Positions 35,210 to 47,415 of a stretch of DNA of 64,000 bases are shown here, piece after piece (positions within the stretch are counted from its first letter, which is position 1; every line of letters starts with the position of its first letter). A model generated the notes under the pieces. The model worked only from the letters and a program-made list of their open reading frames with translations. It did no database searches and was not told the origin of the DNA. This DNA is from Mobula hypostoma (lineage: Eukaryota), in NCBI RefSeq assembly GCF_963921235.1, contig NC_086097.1, forward strand, positions 151,778,001-151,842,000. The letters are read 5' to 3'. A program made the position numbers and the translations under genes.

Positions 35210-35737
35210 TGTATCTGAATCCTCTGAATCTGAGAAAACCTCCAGCTTTTGTTCCCAATGTGCGGTAGCCCAGGCCGTGGCTCTTCCAGTCAGAAGAGAG
35301 ATAATAAAGGCCGCCTTTCTGCACTCTGAGGGGAGTTTGAACATTAATGAGCATAGAATGAGGAAGTCTGGGTCACCATTGAATCTCTCTGGGGTTGGAA
35401 GATGTATTGGCTTTGTAGAGTGGCTCTCCTGAGCAACCCTGGCTTCCTCCTTGTGAAAGTTGGCAAATGGCTACCTGGAAGATGTGTACCTCCAGGCTCT
35501 ATCTGGAAATCTTCTCACTGTGGCTGGTCACAGCGGACAAAAGACTGATATCCTGCTGGGTCCATACTGGCTCAATCATACTGTGACGTGAGTTCTTGGT
35601 GAGGATGATTTGGACCTAAATGCTGCAGTATCTGAGACGGTCCTGAACTTTAAAGGGACTGTGACAGGTATCCATGTTCTGGCGCGTTAGAGGATGTAAA
35701 CTCCAGAAGCTGATGTGGTCCAGTGCGTGTCATAACA
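35210..35737 (-). mobile_element. Sushi/chromovirus-type Gypsy fragment: LTR end + gag N-terminus
   Basis: Minus strand …GTCACA|gtatgattgagccagt-ATG GAC CCA GCA (MDPA at 35565); PIHLPTPERFNGDP…KAAFIISLLTGRATAWATAHW gag motif. Confidence 0.8.
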
Positions 35738-36095
35738 TCCCTTCTTACCTCTTCCCTTCTATTCACCAAACTATCACTTACCCCTGGTGCCCCTCCTCCT
35801 TTCCTTTCTCCTGTGGTCTACTCTCCTCTCCTATCAGATTCCTTCATCTTCAGCCCTTTACCTTTCCCACCTATCACAGCATAGCTTCTCACTTCATCCA
35901 TCCACCCCCACCCACCTGGTTTCACCTATCATCTTTTAGCTCGTACTCCTTCCCGTCCCCCCACCTCTTATTCTGGCTTCTTCTACCTTCTTGCCAATCC
36001 TGAGGAGGAGTCTTAGCTTGAAATGTTGACTGTTTATTCCTTTCCATTATTGCTGCCTGACCTGCTAAGTTCCTCCAGCACTTTTTAAGTGTTAT
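35738..36095 (+). mobile_element. Penelope pLTR fragment with decayed hammerhead (~35995-36035)
   Basis: Pyrimidine-rich UTR then caatcCTGAGGAggagtcttagcttGAAATGTTgactg…cctgctaagttcctccagca. Confidence 0.75.
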
Positions 36096-36993
36096 TACGT
36101 CGAGAACAAAAAGCTTTGTTCCTTGAGTCGTACTGTTCTACGTTCCATGTAAGTAATGATTATATCAAAGAGTCCATTGGCCTTTACAGATAGGCAAACA
36201 GGAGTGAGAGGCTGGAAACCAAGAACACTGATGATAAGATACAGGAAGAAGCAAATGAAGTTGAATGAGCAAAAACTGAACCTGAAAATTAATGAAGTCT
36301 TTTTCATGGGATATTTGATTAACAGAGGTCATCATGGCTATCCCTCGAGAATGATGGTCTTCGTTCTGTGATCTACTTATGCGCTCTCAAGTGGCTTATG
36401 AGTCCAATCTTAGTGTGAAACCATACCCAGCAAATGACAAGCCAGTGAAGGAAGAGCCTGAAACATGGATGGTACAGGTGAGAAGTTATCTAAACAAGTT
36501 GCTGTCCCATCTGGACATGGTATGAGCTGACCAAGAAGGAGATAAAATGGTGCCAGATGTTTCTAATGAACGAGCAGTCAAACAAAATCATCCCTGAAGT
36601 GGTCTTTTTTTGAAATGTCAACCATCCCTCTGCCTCCGCAGATGTTGCCTGACCCACTGAGTTCCTCCATCACTTTGTTTTTTGTTAAAGGTTACAACAT
36701 CTGTTGCCTCTTATGTCTCCAAACAAATCAAGGAGACAGTCCAGTACAGCCTGTGGTGTGATACATTGATAATAAGAACGACTGACACTATAAGCAAAAC
36801 TCTTAGAAAAACTGTCTTGGAACAAAGATTCAGCAAGAGAGTTTACTGAGAACACACACAGGGAGAGCACTGAAAGATCTTGTGACTATTATGCATAAAC
36901 TGAGGAGCTCGAATTGTCATCTTTGAACTGGAGATATTTTTAAGGATAAAGATATGAATAGTAGCTTTATTTGTCACATGTACATTGAAACAT

Positions 36994-37200
36994 TGCCAGC
37001 TGGTGGTGTAGTGGCATCCGTACTGGAGTTCAAGGTGAGTGGTCCCGGGTTTGAATCCGGCCGGCTCCTTGTACACTTTCCATCCGTGCTTGCTTGAGTT
37101 TCGAGCTAGTGACTCAGCCTTGTAAAAAACTGATAAATACTAAAGAAACGACAAGGTTGCCAACTGATACGATATAAGATGCAGGGAAGAACAACTACAG
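36994..37200 (+). mobile_element. tRNA-derived SINE
   Basis: A-box TGGTGTAGTGG, B-box GGTTTGAATCC, aagaacaac tail; flanking tgaaacat repeat. Confidence 0.75.
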
Positions 37201-37229
37201 TACTGAAACATACAGTGAAATGCATTATT

Positions 37230-37480
37230 GGCATCAGATCAAATTAGTGAAGATTGTGTTGGGCAGCTCGCAAATGTTGCCATGCTTCTGACTCCAGCGT
37301 TGGATGCCCACAACTCACCAACCCTAATTGTATGTTATTAGAATATGTGAGGAAAATGGAGCACTCGAGGAAACCCACACAGGCACAGGAACAGCCTACA
37401 ACCTTCTTACAGACGGCAGATGGGGACTGAATCCCGATCTTACAGCTGCATTGTAAAGCATTCTGCTAGCCACTATGTGA
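37230..37480 (-). mobile_element. HE1/V-SINE-like SINE
   Basis: Reverse motifs ggaaacccacacaggcacagg…ttcttacagacggcag…ctgaatccc…gctagccactatg. Confidence 0.6.
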
Positions 37481-37980
37481 GAATGCTGGCCTTTCCCAAT
37501 AACTTTTACAGGTGATCAATAATCAGAAAATCATAGCTTTTAACTTCTTCAAGAGAACACTGTTGACATTGTAGAGGATGCTTACAGTATGTGGAAGCAG
37601 GCATACATCATAAAGGTTCAATGCTATTCAGGCAAAGATATACATGTAGCTGACACACTTAGCTGGGCATATCTCAAGGAAACAAGGGATGTTGAGTTTG
37701 AGAAAATCACCATGTTCTTATTGCTCATCCATTGATGTAGGAGACAGAGGAGGTGAGCAGAAAATATGAGATTATGCGGCTCCTGAACTGAATGGATCAG
37801 AATGGATGTAAAGGCAGCAGCTATTCCCAGTCAGACATCCATATGAGCAAGGAACCAGGCACTCAGAGAGACCTAACCGTAAGGGACAAAAGAAATGTTA
37901 TCTCTTTACACCGGAGAGTAAAGGTTTGCCTTTATAATATATACTCTATATACTGGGCAGGAATGAAAGGGTCGATCAGG

Positions 37981-38393
37981 GATTAGATAGATCAATAGAT
38001 AGATAGATAGATATACTTTATTGATCCCGAGGGAAAGTGGGTTTCGTTACAGCTGCACCAACCAAGAATAGAAAATAAATATAGCAATACAAAACCACCA
38101 ACAATCAAACAACAAAATGCAAACTATGCCAGATGGAAAATAAGTCCAGGACCAGTCTATTGGCTCAGGGTGTCTGACCCTCCACGGGAGGAGCTGCAAG
38201 TTTGATGGCCACAGGCAGGAATGACCTCTCGTGCCGCCCAGTGTTGTATCTCGGTGGAATATGGCCAAAGTCCAACAGTAAAAAGTTCAATATCCGGTTT
38301 ACAAACATGTTCCTCGATCGTAATATGACCCGGATTGCACCATCTGTTATTAACCAGAACAGTAAGCGCCCAACTCCTTTACGCTTACAGATT
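37981..38393 (-). mobile_element. Rex1-like LINE 3' end with (CTAT)n tail
   Basis: gatagatagatagatatactttattgatcccgaggg; minus ORF PRYNTGRHERSFLPVAIKL. Confidence 0.75.
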
Positions 38394-38539
38394 AAGTGCA
38401 AAACAGAAGGAACAAACCAACCAAAGGAAAAGCTTCACTCCCATCAAGCTTCAGGTGGAAAAATAATAATCTGCAAGGTGCTGGAATTCTCAAACAAAAA
38501 CAGAACTCAAGCACAAGACCACAAGGCAATACAAACACA

Positions 38540-39355
38540 GGAGACACCGTAGATGCTGTAATCTGGAGGGACTCAGCATAATGAGTACCATCCTGGGGTT
38601 AGGATGGTGGTGGTGGTGGTGGGGGGGTATTGGGGAAAGGAATTGTCAATGCTTTAGGTTGAGGAACTAAAGGTTCGTCCCCAATGAAGCAACAACATCT
38701 CGTATCCCACCTAAGTAGTCTACAAAACAATGGTATTAACACTGATTTTTTCAATTTCAGGTAACACTCATTTTCAGTGTTTCCTCCTGCTCTCTCTCAC
38801 CAAACCCTCTGTCTCCTTACAATCCACCTCCAGTCCTCCATGTCCTATACCCACTTTCAGCGCTCAATCACCCATTTTTGTTTCCCTCCTTTTCCCCATT
38901 CCATTAATCTACTACCCACACATTTCAGCCACCAGGTTTTCCCCTTCCCCCATCTGACCCTGATTTCATCAGCTATTCACCTCTCCTCTAATGATTCTCA
39001 TTATTATCTTGTTCCTCAGATCTCACCACTGGTAGTCCCTTGTGTTCCTGCTGAACATTCTCCAGTAGCTGTTTCCACCTTCACCCTTCGTCCTTCCACC
39101 TTTAATGCCCCCCATCTCTCACCCATCTGCCCTGTTTCCCAGTTTAACACCTCCTCATCTCCTATTTGGCTCAATCTGTGCTGAATCCACCAATTACCCA
39201 ACGTCTGTGATCGCACAAGTCTCCTAACCATTTTATATTGGGTATCTCCCCTCTCCACTCCCAGTTATGATGCAGGGTTTTGACCAGAAATGGTAACAAT
39301 TCCTTTCACTCCACAGATGCTGATTGGCCTGCTGAGACCCTTTAGTAGATTGTTT
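38540..39355. mobile_element. Old Penelope fragment with inverted pLTR arrangement
   Basis: Reverse pLTR 38545-38670; forward EATTSRI/EQHL-like end; UTR; decayed hammerhead ~39260-39300. Confidence 0.6.
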
Positions 39356-41690
39356 GTTGCACAAAAGATGCTGGACTAGGCCACTTAACCCTTCAAATCT
39401 TGACCTACCATTCAGTGTGATCATGACTGTCTGTTTTGGCCTCAGATCCTCTTCATTGCCAGTTCACCATGGCATGCAATTTCCCTCATCATTCAAAAAC
39501 ATACTTTCCTCCGGCTTCTGTGGAAAACCATTTACCATTTTTTTTTCTCTCTCTTGTCACCTGCTGAGTATCTCTAGTATTTTGTTTGTCTTTCAAAATC
39601 TCATTGAAATGCTGGGTAAATCTATTACACCTAGATTGGAAAATGTGTCTGGTGACATTTAATTAATTTTATTATTAGTGGGAGGTAGATTTCTTAGCGA
39701 TGCCCACTTATCGATGATCATTCGCAAGTTCATAGGACAATTTGCAAGCTTCACTTGAGATGCTGATTTCAGAAAATGAGCCACAGTTTACAATAGATAA
39801 TTTTGTGAAGTTCTTCAGTGGGTAACACTGTACAAAACCAGACGGCATCCAGTCACCTTTCACAAAGAAGTGGAAAGGCTGTGAGTGCTTCAAAGGTGGG
39901 GTCCTGCACTAAAGAAAGACATAATATCTGAGTCAGAATACAGTCTGAGCAGCTTAGCCTTTCAAAACACTTCAAGCTAAAGGGTGGCATACAGTTGTGT
40001 GTAGAACTTTACATGGATGGAGAAGAGCTCTATTTCCAATAACAGAAAGTAGATTGATGTGCAAGACACATAAAGAAGGACAAACGAGGACAAGATGCAT
40101 CAATAAGGCAAACTACCAAAGACTGCTGCAAATTAAGAGTTGGTCTTCCAGTGAGGATGAAACTAACATCAAGCTGATACTAGATGTAGCAGAAACAGAC
40201 CATATCAAATCAGGAGGTCACAGTGGAGTTGTGTGGAGGGTTACATGCCACTTTGAAGAACAGGCACCATTTCAGAAAGATAATGAAAAAACATGCTTCA
40301 CAGAGGAGGAAAACCACAGTTCAGTGCTCATCTCTATGAACTGAAACTATTAGCGATTGGATTTGGAAGGAGAGTTCATTGATCCAAGTAGCAGGAAGAT
40401 TTTACATCAAAATAAAGTACTTTTCAACAGAAATCATGATGCTGATAAGAACTAGGATTGTTTTTCTTAATCCAACATTGCCTTGAAATATGAGGCTGAA
40501 TTGAGCAGTTGAATTTTTATTCCAGCTCTGATCAGCTGAATCAGCACAGATTGAGGCTTTGTCTACTTTGATTAGTCTCTAATATCTATTTTTTTTTCTC
40601 TTCTCCTTAGTGACAATGGCTGGGTTACAGTTTCATTGACACTACTTTTCTTTGTATGCCTCACCCACATCGGCATTAATCAGATACAAGATGGATTAAT
40701 AATTTCATGTGAACACTGATGGAAATGGCAGCTGCAGCAATTTATGTTTTACAATTTACCTAACGTAGAATCATAGAACACTACAGCAGAGAAGCAGGTT
40801 CTTTGGCCCATTTAGTTAGTGCTGAACCATTAGTTTGTGAAGTCCCATCAACCCACACCTGGACCATAGCCCTCCATACCTCTCTCATCCATGTACCTAG
40901 GTAAACTTCCCTTAAATGTTGCAATCAAATCCGCTTCCACCTCTACCAATGGAAGCTTGCACCTTTTCTGAGTGATGTAGTGTCTCCTTGGGTTTCCTTT
41001 AAATATTTCACCTTTCACTCTGAAACTATAACCTCCAGTTCTAGTCTCACACAACCTCATTGGAAAATACCTTTTTGGATTTACCCTGTCTATACTCCTC
41101 ATAACTTTGTATACTTCTATTAAATCTTCCCTCATTCTCCTATGCTGTAGAGAATAAAGTCTGAATCTATTCAAACTTGAAGTCTTAAAATCCTATAGAA
41201 TTTTTCAAGAGAGCTACCAGGAAAGTGGATGAAGGCAAGGCAGTGGGTGCTGTATACATGGACTTTAGTAAGGCACTTCACAAAGTCCCACATGGGAACT
41301 TGGTCAAGAAAGTTCAGGTGCTCAGCATTGAGGAATAGATAGTAAATTAGATTAGACATTGGCTTTGTGGGCGAAGCCAACAAGTGGTAGTAGATGGTTG
41401 CACCTCTGACTTGAGGCCTGTGACTGGTGGTGTGCCCCAGGGATTGGTGCTGGGTCCTTCGTTGTTTGTCATCTATATCAATGATCTGGATGATGATATG
41501 GTTAATTGGATTAGCAGTTTGGGGGTGGCACCAAGATTGGGGGTGTAATGGACAGTGAAGAAGGCGATCATGGCTTGCAGAGAGATCTGTATCAGCTGGA
41601 AAAATGGGCTGAAAAATGACGGATGGAATTTAATACAAACAAGTACAAAGTTTTGCACTTTGGTAGAACCAAACAGGGTAGGTTTTACAT

Positions 41691-42253
41691 GTGTGTTCGT
41701 CCATCATCAACGTCGATGAGGACCTCAGCACCATTATGATGGTGTTGAGACTAGCACGTGATTTGGATTTAAGTGAGGGAGAGTTGCGCAGCGTCAGCCT
41801 CACTCTCTCCTCCCAATTCCCATCTGGATCCAGTGACAAGACAGAGTTGAGACGGCTGGGGATGGGACTAGGTGCAGTGGATGACCAGGTCATCTTCTGT
41901 GTCTTGTCCTGCTCTACACATTCCACAACACTTGCAGAGACCGCCTTCTTGACCATTGGACCTTCCATTGGTCTCGTCCGCTCAATCCGCCGGAGTCTGT
42001 TATCACATGCTGGGATCGACAACTCCCTATCTCACCAAGGGTTTGAGCACCATCAGCTACCCTCACCTGGTTTAGCCGGCTTGTCAAAGCCATTGCCTGG
42101 GGTGTGGCCGCTGTCGCATGCAAACAGCTACGGGGAACCACAGGTGAGAGCTGAGTGCCAGGTGGGGACCAAAAGTGGACAAACCGCCTTGAAAAGGATG
42201 CAACATGTTCCCCCACCAGAGGTGCTACCCCTCCCTGACACCCCATACACCCC
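41691..42253 (-). mobile_element. 563-bp non-coding RTE-like retroposon (5'-UTR-derived) with ~11-bp TSD
   Basis: TSD aggttttacat (41680-41690) / aggttttgcat (42254-42264); host CR1 is collinear across it; minus-strand 3' end tcctcatcgacgttgatgatggacgaacacac resembles RTE tails. Confidence 0.8.
42052..42253 (-). ncRNA. Candidate HDV-like self-cleaving ribozyme at the element 5' end
   Basis: Minus strand: P1 GGGGTGT/ACACCCC; P2 CTCACCTG/CAGGTGAG; P3 GGT/GCC; L3 starts TCC; AG-GCAA; P4 GGCTT-tgac-AAGCC; J4/2 GGCTAA. Confidence 0.55.
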
Positions 42254-44389
42254 AGGTTTTGCATAGTGAACAGTAGGGCACTGAAGTGTGTGGTAGAACA
42301 AAGGGATTTGAGAATACTGATACAAAATCTGTTGGAAGTGGCATCACAGGTAGACAGATTCATAAAGAAAGCTTTTGGCGCATTGGCCTTCAAAAATCAA
42401 CATATTGAGTCCAGGAGATGGAATGTTAGGTTGAAATAGCCTTAAGACGTTGGTGGGGCCTAATTTGGAGTATTGAGTGCAGTTTTGGTCACCTACCTAC
42501 AGGAAAGATGTAAATAAGGTTGAAGGAGTGCAGGGAAAATTTACAAAGATGTTGCTGGTTCTGGAGGACACGAGTTATAAGGAAAGATTGAATAGGTTAG
42601 GACTATATTCTTTAGAATGTAGAAGAATGAGAGGAGATTTGATAGAGGTATATAAAATTATGAAGGCTATATATAGGGAAAATACAAGCAGGGTTTTTTC
42701 ACTGAGGTTGGGTGGGACTACAACTAGATTTCATGGGTTAAGGGTGAAAGTTGAGAAGTTTAAGAGGAAAATCAGGTGAAATTTCTTCACTCAGAGGGCC
42801 GTGAGAGTGTGGAATGAGCTGCCAGCACGAGTGCTGCATGCGAGCTTGATTTCAATGTTTAAGCACAGTTTGGATAGGTATGTGGATAGTGGGGATGGTC
42901 CCCATGCAGGTTGATGGGAGTAGGCAGTTTCAATGGTTTTGCCATAGACTAGATGGGCTGAAGGGTCTGTTTCTGTGCTGCACTTCTCTATGACTATGAC
43001 TCTATAACCTTCCCCTATGATTCAGGTCCTCAAGTCCTGGTAACATCCTTGTAAATTTTCTCTGTACGCTTTCAACTTATTGATATCTTTCCTGTAGATA
43101 AGTGACCAGAACTGCATACCAAATTTCATTTCACCAACGTCTTGTACAACTTCAACATAACACCCCAACTCCTATACTCAACACTTCTATTAATGAAAGT
43201 TAATGTGCTAAAATCTCTCTTCCCAATTCTATCTACCTGTGATGCCATTGTCAAGGAACTGTAGCACAATATTCTCAGATCCCCCTGTTCTACTGCACTC
43301 CTCAGTGCCTACCATTCACTGTGAAAGTCCTACCCTAGTTTGTCCTCTCAAAGTGCAATACCTCACACTTACTGTATCTGCATTAAATCCTATCTGCCAA
43401 TTCCTAGCCCATTTTTCCAGCTTCTCCAGATTCCACTATAAGCTTTGATAGCTGTACTATATAGCCTACTGTCTCACTGTTCACTATGCTGCCAGTCTTG
43501 GTGCCATCTGCAAATTTGCTGATCCAGCTTCTAATATTATCATCCAGATCATTAATATAGATGACAAACAGATCCCTGTGGCTTACCACTGGTCACAGGC
43601 CTCCAGATGGAGAAGCAATCATCTACTTTCACTCTCTGGCTCTCCTGTTAAGCTTATCAGCAAGTTGGTTGCCTCCAGATGCTCTGTACTGACTGTCCCA
43701 ACATATTATTTTATCTTTTATTTCCCATTACATCAGCACCCGAAAAAATTTCTTACTGGCCAATCTTGATCTGCATTCCAACACAGATATTCCACCAGTC
43801 TCTCTAAAACTTAAAACACATTTATTTTTCCCCGTTTTCTATTTCTTATGAAACTAAATAACCTGAAACATTAACTGCTTCTCATCCACAAATATTGCTT
43901 GACCTGCTGAGTACTTTCATTTTATACTTTTATTTTAGATTTCCAACACCTGTAACTTTTGCTTCGAATGCTTCTGCAAATATTGAATTGAAGAAAGCAT
44001 TAAATTCAATATTTTAAAATTTCTAATGTACAGTACTTATCTTGAATCTAAATGACTACCTCATCCAGAACGTCAAGTGGCTTAACCATTCTCAGTGGGA
44101 CTTTGTCAAAGTCATTGCTATAGTCCATGTAGACAAATTTCGCTGTCTTTCCTTCATTAACTTTTCTGGAAACCTCCTTGAAAAACTCTAGAAGAATGGT
44201 TAGACATGATCTACTGCACGCATGGCAACATTGACTATCCCTAATCAGGTCCTGTCTATCCAAATACTTATATATCCTGTCCCTTAGAATATCTTCCTAT
44301 CATTTGTCTGACGCCAGGTTCACTGGCCTATAATTTCCTGGCTTGACCTTAATGCATTTCTAGAACAACCAATCAACATTAGCTACCCT

Positions 44390-45205
44390 TCTAATGGTAT
44401 TAGCACTTATGGCATTGATCACAAAACCCTAAACTCAGAAAGAGATCTTAAGCCTTAGCCAATATTGGTATCTACAGGTACCCTCACTATAGGGAGGTTA
44501 TACTGTGAATAGCTACTCTTCGAAGACTAGTTTACTTCCGGGTCTATCCTCTGCAGTGAGATCTAGCTGCCAATATCTGTCTGAATGGTGTGTCCCCCTT
44601 CCTATCTAGGAAGAGATACTTCCAGTTAACAAAGTAGTTTACATGCAGTTTTTTAAATTTTTAATTATACACTTTTAAACTTAGAGAAATAATTCTTCAC
44701 ACATTTCAAACTCACAGAGGATTTCTGATTTACAAACAGTTTGTGAATTACAAAAGATGTATGAACTATGAAGTATTTCGAAACAAGAAAAATTCTTATG
44801 AACTAAAAGAACATACCAATGAGTTTCAGAAAAATGAGTCGTCTAGCACTGAAACTGAAGGTTGAGGAATTAATTCTAGTTCTTCCTTCTGTTATCCTAT
44901 CTTTCTGTCATTCTCCTTGTCATTCTTAACAAACCCCAATGCTTTTTTACGTGCAAATAACTTAGCCAGTGTTGTCTATTTTGATGCAGGCTAATTAACA
45001 TAGCCCCATTGTCTTATATTGATTAAACACAGGCCTACAAGACTGCACTATTTAATTGTTTTCAACGAGAAGCTAAGCAAGGAATATTGATTGGATGTTT
45101 AACTTTAGCACTAACAACTCTGACCCTTTGGAAAGGTCATACTGTTGTGCTGGAAAACAGTGTTTAATAATAAGCCTCGGGTCTTGGAAAGTGAATATCC
45201 AACAC
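44390..45205. other. Unclassified ~0.8-kb insertion inside the CR1 (possibly LTR-derived)
   Basis: CR1 text acattagctaccct… resumes as tcctccagtccttcggcacctcacc; minus strand begins TGTGTTGG; no ORF. Confidence 0.5.
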
Positions 45206-46839
45206 ATCCTCCAGTCCTTCGGCACCTCACCTGTGCTTAAGGATGTTTTACCATAAATACATCTGTCAGGCTCTGGAATTCCTACACTAACCTCCCCACA
45301 AAGTCTGTGGGAACCTTATCTGAGCCCGGGGACTTATCCACACTAACTTGCCTCAAAACAGCAAACATCTTGTTTTCTCTAATCCAGATACAGTCCATGA
45401 CTTCATTGCTGTTTTGCCTCTGTTCTATAGCCCATCTCCCAAGTAAATGTAGTTGCATTAAAAAAAGTCCATTTAAGTTCTCTCCCACCTCTTTTGGCTC
45501 CATGTATAGATGACAATTTTGATCTGCAATGGACTGACTTTGTCCCTTCTTATTCTTTTCATCTTAAAAGATATATGTGAAGCTCATGGTACCTCCTTTG
45601 TCTTCTTTACTAGAGCAATGTTATGCCTTCTTTTAGCCCTCCTGATTTCCCTCTTACACATTCCCTTTCATTTCTTATACACCTCAAGTATCTAACTTTC
45701 TTGTTTATTCATTGCTGCCTTTACCTATTATGCACCTCCTTCTTCTTAACCAGGGCCTCAATTTTCCTTGAAATCCAAAGTTCTCTAAATCTATTAGCAT
45801 TTCCTTTTATTCTAACAGAAGCATACAAACTCTGTAATCTCAATATTTCACTTTTGAAGGCCTCCCTCATACCAAGCATCCCTTTGCCAGAAAACGAACT
45901 ATACCAATCCACACCTGTCAGATCCTTTCTGATGCCATCAAAATTGGCCTTTCTCCAATTTGGAATATGAACCCAAGGATTAGTCCTATCTTTCTGCATA
46001 ATTATCTTGAAACTAATGGAATTATGATTACAAGACCCAAAGTGTAATCCTGCACATACTTCTGCCATCTGCTCAGTCGTGTTCCATAATAAGAGATCCA
46101 GTATCACACACCCTTGAGTAGCGACCTCTGTATATTGATTCAGGATGTTTTCTGGAACACATTTGACAAATTCTTTCCCATCCAACTCTTTTACATTATG
46201 GGAGTCCCAGGCAATATGTGGAAAATTAAAATCGCCTACTATCACAAACTTATTTTTCTTGCAACCATTTGTTACCTCTCTATAAATCTGTTGCTCTAAA
46301 TCCTGCTAATTATTGTGTGGTCTATCATATGATCCCATTAGCATGGTCATCCGTTTCTTATTTCTCAATTCCTCCCATTTAACTTCAGTAGATATGTCTG
46401 AGCTCTACCAGACATTTTCTGTAAAATTTCCCTGACTAGTAATGCCACCTCTCCCCCTCAATCATGCCTAAAACAATGGAACCCCAGAATACAGAGTTGC
46501 TAGTCCTGCTCCTCCTGCAACCAAGTCTCAATAATAGCTACAATATCATAATTCCAAATGTTGATTCATGCTCTAAGCTCATGCATCTGCCTTACTTACA
46601 GATTCTCCTTGCATTAAAATAATCACAACTCAGAACATTCTTCTCACCATGCTCAAGCTTTTCTTTCTTGTCTTTATAGGTAGGCTTAATAGCTACTTTC
46701 TCCACAACTACTCTACTAGTTGTGCTGACACTCTGGTTCACATTCCCCTGCAACTCTAGTTTAACTCCCCTCAGATCAGCACTAGTAAACCTTCCTGCAA
46801 GGATATTGGTTCCTGTCCAATTCAGTTGCAATCTGTCCT

Positions 46840-47415
46840 CTTTTTAATTCCACTTCCCATTCCTATTCCGATATGTCAATCCATGGCCTCCTCTACTGTT
46901 GCAATGAGGCCACACTCAATTTGGAGGAACATTACCTTATATTCAGTCTGGATAGCCTCCAACCTAATAGCAAGAACATCGATTTCTCAAACGTCCTGTA
47001 ATGCACTCCCCTCTCCTTTGCTATTCCCCAATCCTCATTTCCCTCTCTCACTTTATCTCCTTGTCTGCCCATCATCTCCTTCTGGTGCTTCTCCTCCCTC
47101 TTCTTTCTTCCATGTCCTTCTGTTCTTTCCTACTGGACTCCCCCTTCTCCAGCCCTATTACTCTTTCACCAGTCAACTTCCCAGCTCTTTACTCATCCTT
47201 CCTTCTCCCGGTTTCACACATCACCTTGTGTTTCTCTCTCCCCTCCCCCACTTTTTAAATCTACTCATCTTTTTTTCTCCAGTCCTGCCGAAGGATCTCG
47301 GCCCAAAACCTCCACTGTACCTTTTTCCCTAATTGCTGCCTGGTCTGCTGAGTTCCTCCAGCATTTTGTGTGTATTGCTTGGAATTCCAGCATCTCTTCT
47401 GTTTTTCTCTTGTTT
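46840..47415 (+). mobile_element. Penelope 3' fragment + pLTR (decayed hammerhead ~47280-47318) inside the CR1
   Basis: FNSTSHSYSDMSIHGLLYC…EEHYLIFSLDSLQP; agtcctgccgaaggatctcggcccaaaacctccactg. Confidence 0.85.

Larger units (their letters stand above)
36190..40350 (+). mobile_element. Ancient Gypsy pol remnant (RT, RNase H, integrase), fragmented by many later insertions
   Basis: MKLNEQKLNLKINEVFFMGYLI (RT); GKDIHVADTLSWAYL (~37630-37675, RNase H end); SIYWAGM (~37945, integrase Zn region); ISENEPQFT (~39765, integrase core). Confidence 0.7.
41190..43004 (+). mobile_element. CR1 RT fragment with 3' tail, itself interrupted at 41691-42253
   Basis: YMDFSKA, ggtgtgccccagggattggtgctgggtcc, ORF 42477-42779 QFWSPTYRKDV; tail ctctatgactatgactcta. 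Confidence 0.88.
40765..43650 (-). mobile_element. CR1 fragment (minus; ~40765-41185 and ~43005-43650) split by a plus-strand CR1
   Basis: Minus ORFs 40848-41174 (RRMREDLIEVYK) and 43404-43589 (YINDLDD…KFADG). Confidence 0.8.

Noticed and set aside
38600..38640. G-rich (GGT)n tract, possible G-quadruplex
   Set aside because: A simple repeat expansion within a decayed pLTR; no evidence of function.
40585..40720. Strong polypyrimidine acceptor (…ctccttAG at 40610) followed by DNGWVTVSLTLLFF
   Set aside because: Only a weak donor, no recognisable protein and no supported partner exon.
41630..42393. Three overlapping ORFs of 130-191 aa
   Set aside because: They span a GC-richer non-coding retroposon and CR1 junctions, with no recognisable domain.
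44480..44496. ACCCTCACTATAGGGAG, resembling the T7/T3 promoter 3' half
   Set aside because: The upstream TAATACG/AATTA part is missing and there is no vector context. Chance match.
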